Assembly (NCBI RefSeq): GCF_018350175.1
Contig: NC_058368.1
Location: 218,924,001 to 218,988,000 of the forward strand
Direction: 5' to 3'
Length of the DNA stretch: 64,000 bases
Source of the DNA: Felis catus
Taxonomy: Eukaryota
Below, piece by piece: positions 27,749 through 39,263 of the stretch. The number at the start of each line of letters is the position of its first letter. The stretch's first letter is position 1. A model generated the notes under the pieces. It did not search any database, was not told the origin of the DNA, and saw only the letters and a program-made list of their open reading frames with translations. Position numbers and translations under genes: made by a program.

Positions 27749-28144
27749 TACTCAGCCATAAAAAAGAATGACATCTTGCTATTTGCAATGCCGTGGTTGG
27801 AACTAGAAAGTATTATGCTAAGCAAAAAAAGTCAATCAGGGAAAGACAATTACCATATGATTTTACTCATATGTGGAGTTTAAGAAATAAACAAATGAGC
27901 AAAGGGGAAAAGAAAGGGGCAAACCAAGAAACAGGCTCTTAACTATATATAATGACCAAACTGGTGGTTACTAGACAGGAGGTGGGTGGGAGGAAGGGCT
28001 AAATAAGTGATGGGGATTAAGGAGTGCATTGTTGTGATGAACACCAGGTATTGTATGGAAATGTTGAATCATTATATTGTACACCTGAAACTAATATTAC
28101 ACTGTATGTTAACTAACTGGAATTTAAATACAAACTCACAAAAG
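26521..28144 (+). mobile_element. 5'-truncated carnivore L1 with a short inverted 5' segment and an internal TA expansion
   Basis: ORF2 C-terminus (gcccaagtgtccatc..gaatggataaagaagatg; tactcagccataaaaaagaatga), 3'UTR, and TSD aagttaatgtgc at 26509-26520 and 28145-28156. Confidence 0.92.
26622..27746. repeat. Complex (TA/TACA/TAG)n tandem repeat containing duplicated L1 segments
   Basis: Seen directly; explains the Y/I/M-rich ORFs at 26512-27158. Confidence 0.95.
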
Positions 28145-29513
28145 AAGTTAATGTGCTAAGATGTTACACTTTTCTAAAACAATATGAGAAACTCTTTTAT
28201 TTAACAATTTTATAATTTTAATAATTTTAACAATTTTAAGAGTCAGTAACAATATAATTTGAAATAATTATTAGGAAATATGCTTCAAGAGTCAGGGCCA
28301 GGCAATTTTTGGTTGTAGGAAACAGAGTTAAATTTTTTGAAGGACCAGCCTTTTGATACTTTCAACAGTCTAAAACATTTCTCTTCAGCAATAGAATGTC
28401 CTCACAAATTTTTTACATTTTAAAAAAGAATCAGATAAATTGCCTCCTGGTAGTATTGTATCATTCTTCATCTTACTCACATTGGGCTCCAAATTAATTC
28501 AGCCTTTTGAGGTTGGAAGAGACTATTTTCTACTGCACTGGGTGACTATACATCAAAAAATAATTTAATTGCCTAGTACATACTAGTCATAAACTCTCCA
28601 AAATTCCTTATTTATTTATTTATGGTAGGTGCATAAGAAGGTCCATGTAACTCTCATCAAATTCATTTAACCTTTTTAGCTTTGATCTGTACTTCAGTTT
28701 TTACAACTATTACTAACACTTAATTTTCTAGTGACATAGATAATTCAACAACTACAGAGTCTATTTTTTAACATGCTTGGATGAATTTCAAAATTTCTTC
28801 TACCTTTTACTCCTACTTCTCCATGTCCTGCATAGAAAGTGGTAGCAAATATGGGAGCAGAAATGAAAACTAAAAAACACTGATGACATTGCTGGAAATA
28901 AATATTTCTGAGTTTCGGTAAGGTGAAATATGTCTCTTGATGAAAATATTTTCAGCCATCGTTGTATTAAGCAATCTACCATTCAATCAATCAGAAGGTG
29001 ACATTATGTCACAGAAATGTAGTCTAGAAAAGTGTGATATATAGCCTTATATCTATTTTAAACGTGTCATTTTAAATGTGATTTTACTTATCATATGTCT
29101 TAGAAAAACATACAGAAAAAAAACAAGTGTGCTTATTTTTGAAAAATAAACAAATATTAAAGTGATTAATAATCCTTTTAAATTGGCCAGAAATAATTTC
29201 ATTAATAGCTCATATTGAAATAAATATTTTATTTAGAAATATTTTGACCCATGATAACAGTCATTTAAAGTAGATTATTTATAATAAAAATTTTGACTCT
29301 TTAAAAAATGCTGACATGACTCAGTGGATTAAAAATTAAACATTGCTCTTTTTATGTATATGCATATATATAGACACATCTATAACATTACATGCATGCA
29401 TTCAAAGATATAATAGGTATAATTATATATGTTTATGTTAATGTATATCAATTTATACAGTAGTAAATTTGAATCTACTAAGTCAGAAGATGACTAATAC
29501 TTCATATATCTTT

Positions 29514-29730
29514 TTTTAATTATATTTTTTAAATGTTTATTTTTGAGACAATGTGAGAGACAGAGTGCAAGCAGTGGAGGGGCAGACAGAGGGAGACACA
29601 GAATCTGAAGCGGGCTCCAGGCTCCGAGCTGTCAGCACAGAGCCTGACCCAGGGCTCAAACTCACGAGCCGTGAGATCATGACCTGAGCCGAAGTCAGAC
29701 ACTCAACTGACTGAGCCACTCAGGCGCCCC
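29514..29730 (-). mobile_element. Can-SINE (SINEC_Fc-like)
   Basis: TSD tacttcatatatcttt at 29498-29513 and 29731-29746. Confidence 0.95.
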
Positions 29731-30464
29731 TACTTCATATATCTTTAAAAAGTCACTATTAAAATAGTGTAAGATATTTATGAATAAGATCAGAAAATGG
29801 TTGATATTTGCAGTATTTTTAAATATCATTATGATAGTAGTGTCAGATATTTATGAAAAAGAATAAACCCATTATCAATCTGTGCATCAAAATCATGCCA
29901 CATAATGGAACCTCAGAAAGATGATTTTGATTGTGATATTATAACACCTTGCATAATTTCCTGGGACTGACATAGTTTCTTGGAATCAATAGGTATCAAT
30001 ACTACTTTCTGGTAACTTTTTAGATAAAACCAAATAACAGATGTCTCATAATGCAATAAAAGCAGCACATAAGTTCAGTGTGAATGTAATTATAATTGTG
30101 GTATCATATACACATTTTATTTAGTAGTATACATTGATATATTTTTAATAGTTCAAAAAATGGCCTGCATCAGCCCTAACATAGTTGACTTATGATATAA
30201 TTTACAGCAGTAAGTAAAATGTGTTTATTGTTCCAGATCAGTTTATGCAATAGTGCCTGCACTATTTGTAGTGACTAACTACATATGACTGACTACATAT
30301 GACTAACTTTAGTCATATGATGACAGTAGTTGAAGAGGGTGGCCACCTTCACCAAGATTAGAGATCCCCTTAATGTGAAGGATGAAGCATCAGCAAGCAT
30401 GATCAGTCTCTTCACTGAGTTATATTAAATAAATATTAAAGAATTCTTAGAATTAATGAAAATG

Positions 30465-30740
30465 AATTAATATATATACATATAAAAGTTTATATGTATA
30501 TATATACATATATATACACACATATATATAAGTTTATATGTATATATGTATATATACTTATATATAAACTTATATATATAAACTTATATATAAATAAATA
30601 TAAATATAAACTTATATAAATATATATAAAATATATAAATATAAATATAAACTTATATATAAACATAAACTTATATATATAACTTATATATATATAAACT
30701 TATACTTATATATAAACATATATATATATATATATATATG
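30465..30740. repeat. TA-rich low-complexity repeat (tatataaact units)
   Basis: Seen directly. Confidence 0.9.
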
Positions 30741-30879
30741 GCTATAACTTACCACAATATTTTTCTTTCTTTGCAGTCCTCCAATTTCTAAACAACAACC
30801 TCCTTTTTAGCCTGCTGTCTCTCTCCCCACCCACCTGTCTATGATGTAGAGCTATAAAATATGCTACCTTAAAAGCAGT

Positions 30880-30975
30880 GCCCCTGATGTGGGGCTCAAT
30901 CCCACAAATCATGAGATCATGACCTGGGCCAAAGTCGAGTCAGAAGCTCAATAGATTAAACCACCCAGATGCCCC
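30880..30975 (-). mobile_element. Can-SINE 5' half only (3' half missing)
   Basis: cctgatgtggggctcaatcccac...ccacccagatgcccc with no CT body or A tail. Confidence 0.85.
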
Positions 30976-30976
30976 G

Positions 30977-33900
30977 TTCTTTCATCCAGTTTGAATTCAT
31001 TTTTTGTGTGTTATAAGAAAATAATACAGTTTCATTCTTTTGCATGTTGCTGTCCATTTTTCCCAACACCATTTGTTGAAGAGACTGTTTTTTTCTCATT
31101 GGATATTCTATCTGACTTTGTCAAAGATTAATTGACCATACAGTTGTGGGTCCATTTTGGGTTTTTTAATTCTGTTCTATTGACCTATATATCTATTTTT
31201 GTGCCAATAACATACTGTTTTTATGACTATAGCTTTATAATACAATTTGAGGTCTGGAATTGTGATATCTCATCTTTGCTTATCTTTTTCAAGTTTGCTT
31301 TGGCTATTCAGGGTCGTTTGTGGTCCCATACAAATTTTAGGATTGTTTGGCAAGCTCTGTGAAAAATACTGGTGGTATTTTAATAAAGACTGCATTAAAT
31401 GTGTAGATTGCTTTGAGTAGTATAGACATTTTAACAATATTTATTTTTCCAGTTCATGAGCATGGAATGTCTTTCCATTTCTTTGTGTTATCTTCAATTT
31501 CTTTCAACAGTGTTTTATAGTTTTCAGAGTACAGGTCTTTCAGCTCTTTGGTTTTTGAGCAATTGTAAATGGGATTGATTCCTTCATTTCTCTTTCTGCT
31601 GCTTATTATTAGCGTATAGAAATGCAATAGATTTCTGTTTGTTGATTTTGTATCCTGTTACTTTATTGACTTCCTTTATCAGTTCTAAGAGTTTTCCAGT
31701 GAAGCTTTTCAGGTATTCTGTATAGAGTATTATGCCATCTGTAAATAGTAAAAGTTTGACTCTTTCTTGCAAATTTGGATGTCTTTTATTTCTTTTTGTT
31801 GTCTGATTGCTGTGGCTAGGACTCCCAGAACTATGTTGAATAAAAGTGATGAGAGTGGAGATTCCTGTCTTGTTCCTGATCATAGAAGAAATGCTCTCAG
31901 TTTTTTTCCCTATTAAGGATAATGTTAGCTGTGGGTTTTTCATATATGGCCTTTATTATGTTGAAGTATGTTCCTTCTAAACCTACTTTGTTGAGGGTTT
32001 TTATCATGAATTCATGTGGTACTTTGTCAAATGCTATTCCTCCATCTAATGAAATGATAATGCTATTACTTGTCTTGTGGATGTGCCTGGAGATTTTCTC
32101 TTGTCCTTTCTTGTCTTTGCCTCTTTCATGTTTTGCTGATTTTCTTTAGTCATATATTTAGATTTATGTCTCCTTATTCTTTGCATGTTAATTAGTGCTT
32201 TTTGATACATGGTTACTGTTAGTTTATATATAAAATTTTCTGCAAATGGCAGTCTATGTTAAGTTGATGGTTATATAAATTTGAACCCATTCTTTACTCC
32301 TTTTCTCCTCACATTTTAGGCATATGTTTTTACATTTTATATCCTTTTGTGAGTTCTTTGACTAATTTGTACAGAAATATTCATGTTTACTGCTTTTATG
32401 TTTCCTACCTTTATACTGTCACTTTTGGTTTCTCCTTTTCCTCAGAGTCCCCAGTAATATTTCTTGTAAGGCTAATTTAGTAGTCACAAACTCCTTTAGT
32501 TTTCATTTGTCTGGGAAAATCTTTATATCTCCTATTCTGAATGATAACCTTGCTGTTAGAGTATTCTTGGCTGCATTTTTTTTTCCTTTCAGTATTTTGA
32601 ATATATCAGGCCACTCCGTTCTGGCTTGCCAAGTTTCTGTTGAAAAATCTCCTGCTAGCCTTATGGGTTTTCCCTTATAAGTTAATGACTACTTTTGTTG
32701 CTTTTAAGATATTTACTTTATCACTATATTTTGCATATTTAATTACAATGTGTCTTGGCTTTTGTTGATTTTGATGGGTGTTCTCTGGGCCTTCTGGATC
32801 TGGATGTCTGTATTCTTCCCCAGATTAGGGAAGTTTTCAGCTGTTATTTCTTTTCAAATAAATTATGTGCCATTTTTCTCTCTCTTCTTTTTCTGGAACT
32901 ACTATAATACAAAACTACTATGTTTGATATGGTCACTGAGTTCATTAAATCTATCATTATTTTGCATATTCTTCTTTCTCTTTTTTGTTCAGCTTCATTG
33001 CTTTCCATTACTATGTCTTCTAGTTTATTAGTTCATTCCTCTGCTTTTTCCAGTCTGTTGTTCATTGCATCAAGTATGTTTCTAATCATGTTCATTATAC
33101 TCTTCATCTCTGATTCTTTTTTAACTCTTTTATCTCTGTGAGAAATATGATGGCTTCAGTTCTTTCCTCTCAGTATCCTTATGATCATTGCTTTACATCC
33201 TCCATCAGGCATGTTACTCATATTTGTTTCAAGTAGATCCCTGGTTGTGGCCTTATCTTGTTTTTTCATTTTGGATAAATTCCTCTGTCTTCTCATTTTG
33301 TCTAAGTCTCTGCCTTATTCTCTCTGTTAGAAAAGACAGTTATACCTCCTGCTCCTAAAAGTGATAGCCTTATGAAAAAGAGATTCTATAGTACTCAGGG
33401 TTTGGCGCTTCAGGGAGTGCCTGAAATGTGTTACCTGTGCTCTGCCATTGGGTCCTACCTGCTCTATCCTTCTCTTCTGTCAGCTGAAGAGGTTCTCTTT
33501 GACTGCTGTGGTGGTGTTTGGTCCCTAACTTGAATGTGGTGTGCTTTGCTCTGCTTTTGAAATGAGACCTGTTACCACCTTGACTGGAACTGATGCTGTG
33601 TGAAACTTTCCAGTCAGGAGACGTGGTATGGAAAGGATTTAAGCTGGTCTTCTGGTGGAGGGGCCCACCATGCTGGGACTGAGGTAAGCATGACTAAGAA
33701 TGGAAATTCCACTAGAGCACAGGAGGGTGAGGTTAGTTTAAGCAAGTTAGACAACCAGTGTCTGTGCTGTCCTGCTTCCTGCAGGTGGCTCTGTGATTTT
33801 GCTGAAGAGGTGGGGTCGTGCAGGAAATGTGCTGGCCAGATCCTTTGTTCTCAGGGTAATCTCTCCATGGATGATGCCTCTCAGGGCATACTCTGAGCAG

Positions 33901-34418
33901 AGGAAATAATCTCCCTAATGGGTACTCTTCAGACAGATGTTTCCATGATGTTGGCCCTTGAGTCCTTTGTCTGCCTTCTCTCTAAAAGCGGCACAGTGCC
34001 CTCCGGGCTCTATCCTAGTCAAGCCTGCTGACCTTTAAAACTCTAGGCTGTAAGCCCTGATGGTTGCAAGAACTCATGAAATTCACCCCCTCTCATTTTC
34101 TAAACCAAAGGCTATGAGGAAATGTTCTCCTTGTGCATTCCCTGTGTGCTTCTCTCTTTCTTGCCCTTCTCTGCAACCATGGCTCCCTCTGCCCCAACAG
34201 CAGCCAGGATCCATTTCTCCCCTAAGCCATGTCTCCACACTTTCTACCTTCTTAATTGTGACCTCATCTCTCTCTTTAGTTGTGGACTTTGTTCTGCTAG
34301 CCTTCAGGTTGATTTCTGTGGTATTTAGGATGATTTAGTAGTTATCTAGTTGTGTTTGTGAGATGAGGTGAATCTAGGGTCCTTCTACTCCACTGCCCTC
34401 TTTGTGCTGGTCTCCTCA
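30977..34418 (-). mobile_element. L1 (L1_Carn/L1MA-like) with 5'UTR, ORF1 and partial ORF2; internally deleted and 3'-truncated
   Basis: RT segment [13 protein letters not shown]...[27 protein letters not shown] (ORF 31584..31943; catalytic FADD mutated to FTDG); ORF1-like antisense at 32400-33200; 5'UTR-like to ~34418. Confidence 0.9.
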
Positions 34419-35094
34419 AATTTGAAATCTTTAATACAGCTTCTGAAAAAAATTCAGATAAAATTTCTTTGTGTTCTCCTTTATATTATGGCTCATTTCT
34501 TTATTCCCTCTATTCTAGGTATATTATATTCATTTAGTCATTCAAACATGCTATCATCTAGCTCACCTCATGACCATTTTTGTTTTCTTTATTATGCCTC
34601 CCAAAAAACTTAATGCATGCTGCAAATTTTCCCTTTGTTACACAGACTAGACTTCTCTGGCTCAGTGTCACTTTTTCCTAGACTTTTATTTTTCTGGGCC
34701 TTTTCTACTAAAATATAAGAGTCATCTACCATGTCAGCCCTTTCCTGATATTTGGAGTGATAATATATAAGAATCTGGTTTGAACTAAGGAAGAAAGGAA
34801 AGAAAAGGAAAGAAAAAAGGCCTTTCATCCTGCTTTGGAACTCACCTTAAACCTTTCCCAACAATGAGTGAAAGTGTCCTACCAGCATAGTTCACCAGTG
34901 AACTGTTACATTATTTTTAGAACAAAGATTTAAAATAACTCAGATTTGTTGTTTTGTTTCATTTGATTTGTGTTTGTTTTGTAATGTAGTACATCCTTTT
35001 AGCATATACCCCTTGGGAACCTCCAGAAAAAGCAGTAGCATATTGAGGTCAGCATCTACTGTTTGTTCATACTGTCTTCGTTCCATTTCTCCTT

Positions 35095-35096
35095 TT

Positions 35097-35149
<53 letters not shown>

Positions 35150-35157
35150 ATCTCTCT
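35095..35157. repeat. (CT)n microsatellite
   Basis: Seen directly. Confidence 0.95.
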
Positions 35158-36645
35158 TTACATTCCTAATTCATGGTATGCTTTGCACAATGTTACTTTA
35201 ACAACATAGCATAACATAGTAGGTTGGTAATTATGGTTTAAGGTTCTTTTGATTTTTGTGATTCTTATGGTTACTTTCACTTCAGTTGCCTCTACGCAAC
35301 ATTTTTTAAATTTATTTTTACACTTTTTCAACTTATTCTTATGGTGAATTTTATTTTTCTTATATTCTCAAACTTGTAGTTCCCAGTTCAGCATCTGGTT
35401 ACCTCCTTCAGCTTTAAACTCTTAATTTCGTCCTTTGAACAGAAAAATAATGGGGAATACTATCCTGGTCTGATAGATATTATATAATCCTGGTCTGGTA
35501 GATATTATATATATTATATAATCTATTATATAATAGAAATGTAAAAATAAGCGTGACATTTTGCAATTATGTCAGTGCTTCAATTCAAATGACATTTAAA
35601 GGTATACATACTTCCCAGAAATTGGATACCTTCTCAGGGAAGCTTGTCTGTACCACAGGCCCACTGATATTTGACTGTGATGCTATGGTGCTTTACTAGA
35701 CCAGTGACCTGACTATAAAGATATTCCCAAAACATGTGCATATGACCAATTCCTCATGGTTTAGTACTTGGTTGTTAGGGAGAGGGAAACTGCCTGATGA
35801 TAGGACTAGAGATGAGTAATGTCAAAACCAGCAGAGAGATTTTTTTAAAGGGTACAGGTAGTTAAAGACACTGAAGACAAAATGATGTTCTAAAAAGTCA
35901 TTTATAGATAAGGGTCCCCCCCCAAAAAAAGCATGTTAATATTAAACATTGAGGTTATCAAAGAGCTCCTAAGTTTAGCTAGGTTTCACATCTTTCCAAA
36001 ATAATGCCAGCCTATTCTAGTACATAATAAATGTAGTGTGTGTAAAAGGCCAGACACAAAGCCAATATTAAGTGTCAAAATGTAATTACTCAAATTTCTC
36101 CTTGTATTAATTTTTACCTCTACCTAGCACTCCTATCCTGCTGGCTTAGCTAGCAACCTTGCTTAAGACCAGAACTTGCCCAAATCACTCTCCTTCAAAA
36201 CAGACTACAATTTAGCTGAAGGAAATGAAACTCCATCAGTAAGTATCACATAGACACTATCTCTTTACCAGTATTACTAAAGCAAATATGAATTGTACTT
36301 TTGCTATGACTATTTAATCCTTCTATCAATATGCAGAGTCTTAGTTGCTGTATCAATTGCTTTGCAAACTGTGAATAGATTTCTTATTATATAAATTCTC
36401 CTGGTATGTCAGTTTTCCAAATTAGGTACCGATTTTAACAAAGTAAGTACAAATACAGCATGTAAGATGTTTTCCTCACTTTATGAATACTATAGCCACA
36501 AGTAAACATAATTATTTTTGAAAACATAAATGAATATAGTTAAAAATATTTCTAAAGCTAGAAGAAAAAAAATAGTCTACCAAAGAGAGATGTGATATTA
36601 CATGTTTTAAGAAATATCATATTTTTATTCCTTTCTATAGGTTAA

Positions 36646-36735
36646 ATTATTTTCTTTTTTTCCTTTCATTTAATTTTAGAGAAGGAGAGAGAGGGAGACA
36701 GAGCAAGTGGGGGAGAGGGAGAGAGGGAGAGAGAG

Positions 36736-36784
<49 letters not shown>

Positions 36785-36909
36785 GTCATAAGCAGGCTCC
36801 ACACCCAGCATGGAGCCCATCATCGGGTTCAATCCCATGACCCTGGGATCATGACCTGAACTGAAATCAAGAGTCAGATGCTCAACTAACTGAGCCACCC
36901 AGGCACCCC
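36646..36909 (-). mobile_element. Can-SINE with expanded (GA)n
   Basis: Canonical; TSD aggttaa. Confidence 0.92.
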
Positions 36910-37520
36910 AGGTTAACACTATTTTCAATATAATTTATCTCTATTTTAAAAAAATACAACCTGCTTATATAACTTGTAATCAAGTTAAATTTACCAGTAA
37001 TTCAGATTAATTACAAATAATTACATTATATATCTGCCCACATACTTGAAAGCTTCTAAAATAGTATATTCAAAATCTGCTTTCTTATTAGGAAGAAAAT
37101 ATGTTTAAAATCATATTTTAGGTTGTTTAAAATTTAAGAGCTTGTAATATAAAAGATTTTTGTTCACAAATGATTGCAAACACTTTTTGGAATCATATTC
37201 TGGACTTATGCCACTTTTTCACCTTCTAAAGTATTTCATATGGCACATCTTTATTCTCATTATATAAGTATTTGTGTCTCTCCTTTGGCTGGTCTCAAAT
37301 TATTTTTGCAATCCATATCATTGAAATAAGAATTTATTGATCATTTTCTATATATGACCTAATGTTTATTTTTCTATGGAGTATGAACTGTTGAAGGAAA
37401 TATGACTTCTCCACTTCTCTCGGGAAGCAAACAAATCTTTACAGGTGAAATGATGGCATTTTCAACATCTTTTCCTCTTAAATGACTTACAGACTTAGCA
37501 ATTCTCTATTCCCGCTCTAA

Positions 37521-37655
37521 CAGGGTATTTCAATGGTGGCACTACTGACAGGCAGTTCTTTTAGTGGGAGCTGTCCCATGTCCTGGAGATGTTTAGCAGC
37601 ACCCCTGGTTCTACCCAGGAGATTCCAATAGCACCCATTCTCCCACATTTATGAC

Positions 37656-37702
<47 letters not shown>

Positions 37703-37793
37703 TGTATACATATATATGTATATATACACATATATATATATATCTCCATGTTGTCAAATGTCCTCTGATAGGAAATGTAGACCCACTGCTCTA
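37521..37793. mobile_element. MER20-like hAT-Charlie MITE with internal (TA)n
   Basis: ggcactactgaca...gctgtcccatgtcctggagatgtttagcagcacccctggttctaccca.gagattccaatagcaccc...gtcaaatgtcctctg...acccactgctcta. Confidence 0.8.
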
Positions 37794-37859
37794 TAACATA
37801 CCCTGCCCAGTGTCCATACCTTCCTAACTCACTAAGCTTGTAGCTTTTCTCTAGTGAGT

Positions 37860-38385
37860 CACACACTTTCCCCATGTTAAATTGCATGCTTATCACGAGC
37901 AAACTAATTTCTGTTTCTAAACCCACTCAAGGCACTTTTACTGCTGTTTCTAATTATGTGAATTAATTAAATATTAAATGAACACATAAGAACATTAAGA
38001 AAAATAGTTTCTATTAAGAAAATTGGGTGCTTTGAAAACAATAAAGGTTAGCATAATTAATGTCAAGGCAGTGTGAGAAAAATATATGATTGAAGGAAAA
38101 GAGATAGAACTCATATTAATAAGAATGAGACCAAAGTACAGTATTTCAAGCATGTACCAAAATTCTCCCCCTACTTTGGGGAAGTGAAATTGGTTACTAA
38201 AAAGTCGTCTAAGTATGCAAGAGAGACAACATCAACCTATACTGAGTGTGGACCCTGACACTAGAAACAAAGTCTTTGGCCAACATTAGGAGAATGGAAT
38301 ATCTGTGTAGCTTTATAAGGTGAATTAAACATTCATCTTTTATTAGGAACTATACACTTAAGCTAACTTTTCACTTGACCACCTA
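37860..38385 (+). mobile_element. Possible old TcMar-Tigger fragment
   Basis: tatgcaagagagacaacatcaacc...gtggaccctgacactagaaacaaagtctttggcc resembles a recalled Tigger transposase HTH region; weak. Confidence 0.35.
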
Positions 38386-38397
38386 ACTTTATTTCTT

Positions 38398-38616
38398 TTT
38401 TTTTAATGTTTACTTACTTATTTTGAAATAGAGAGGGTACACACCTGTGTGCGAGTGGGGGAAAGGCAGAGAGAAAAGGAGAGAGATAGAATCCCCTGGT
38501 GGCTCTGCACTGTCAGCACAGAGCCTGACATGAGGCTCAGATTCACAAACCAGGAGATCATGACCTGGGCTGAAATCAAGAATCGGAGCCTAACCAACTG
38601 AGCCACCCAGGCACCC
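38398..38616 (-). mobile_element. Can-SINE (SINEC_Fc2-like)
   Basis: TSD actttatttctt at 38386-38397 and 38617-38628. Confidence 0.93.
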
Positions 38617-39037
38617 ACTTTATTTCTTGATAAAAAGTATAATTCAAAGAAAACTGGGGATCATTCAAATGAAAGAATATAGTGAAGTGGGTGATCAAGG
38701 GAGGAAAATTAGATTTCACTATGAAAACTTAGGAAAATATTGGGACCTTCAAATATTTGTTCTCAGAGCAAGTAAAGTCAGTTTTGTTTTGTTTTGTTTT
38801 GTTTTCCTGTTGTACGTTCTTTATGTATAAGTTTAATCTACCTTTTGAAAATCTAAATTAAAATGTATATAAAATATCAACCTTTCTGGCTTCTTGACTT
38901 CATTTCCATGTATATGTATCCCTATAGAACATTATAATACAGCTATGTGCATAAATATACAAGTGTCCTCAGTTTCACTTTTCCCCCTCTGTTTCAGTAT
39001 TATGTATCTATGTATCAGTGTATGTTGTATAATTCTT

Positions 39038-39263
39038 AACTTTTTAAAAATGTTATTTAAAGTTATTTATTTAATTTTAAGAGAAACAGAGACAGCACAA
39101 GTGGGGGAGGAGAAGAGAGAGAGGGAGACAAGGAATTCCAAGCAGGCTCCCTGCTGTCAGCACAGAGCCCAATGCAGGGCTTGAACTCACAAAACCATGA
39201 GATCATAACCTGAGCTGAAACCAAGAGGTGGACACTTAACCAACTGAGCCACCCAGGTACCCC
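39038..39263 (-). mobile_element. Can-SINE (SINEC_Fc2-like)
   Basis: Canonical antisense; imperfect TSD tgtata.ttctt. Confidence 0.92.

Noticed and set aside
28800..28925. Exon-like pattern (pyrimidine tract, ag ... g/gtaagg)
   Set aside because: Stops in all three frames and no other support; at most a non-coding exon
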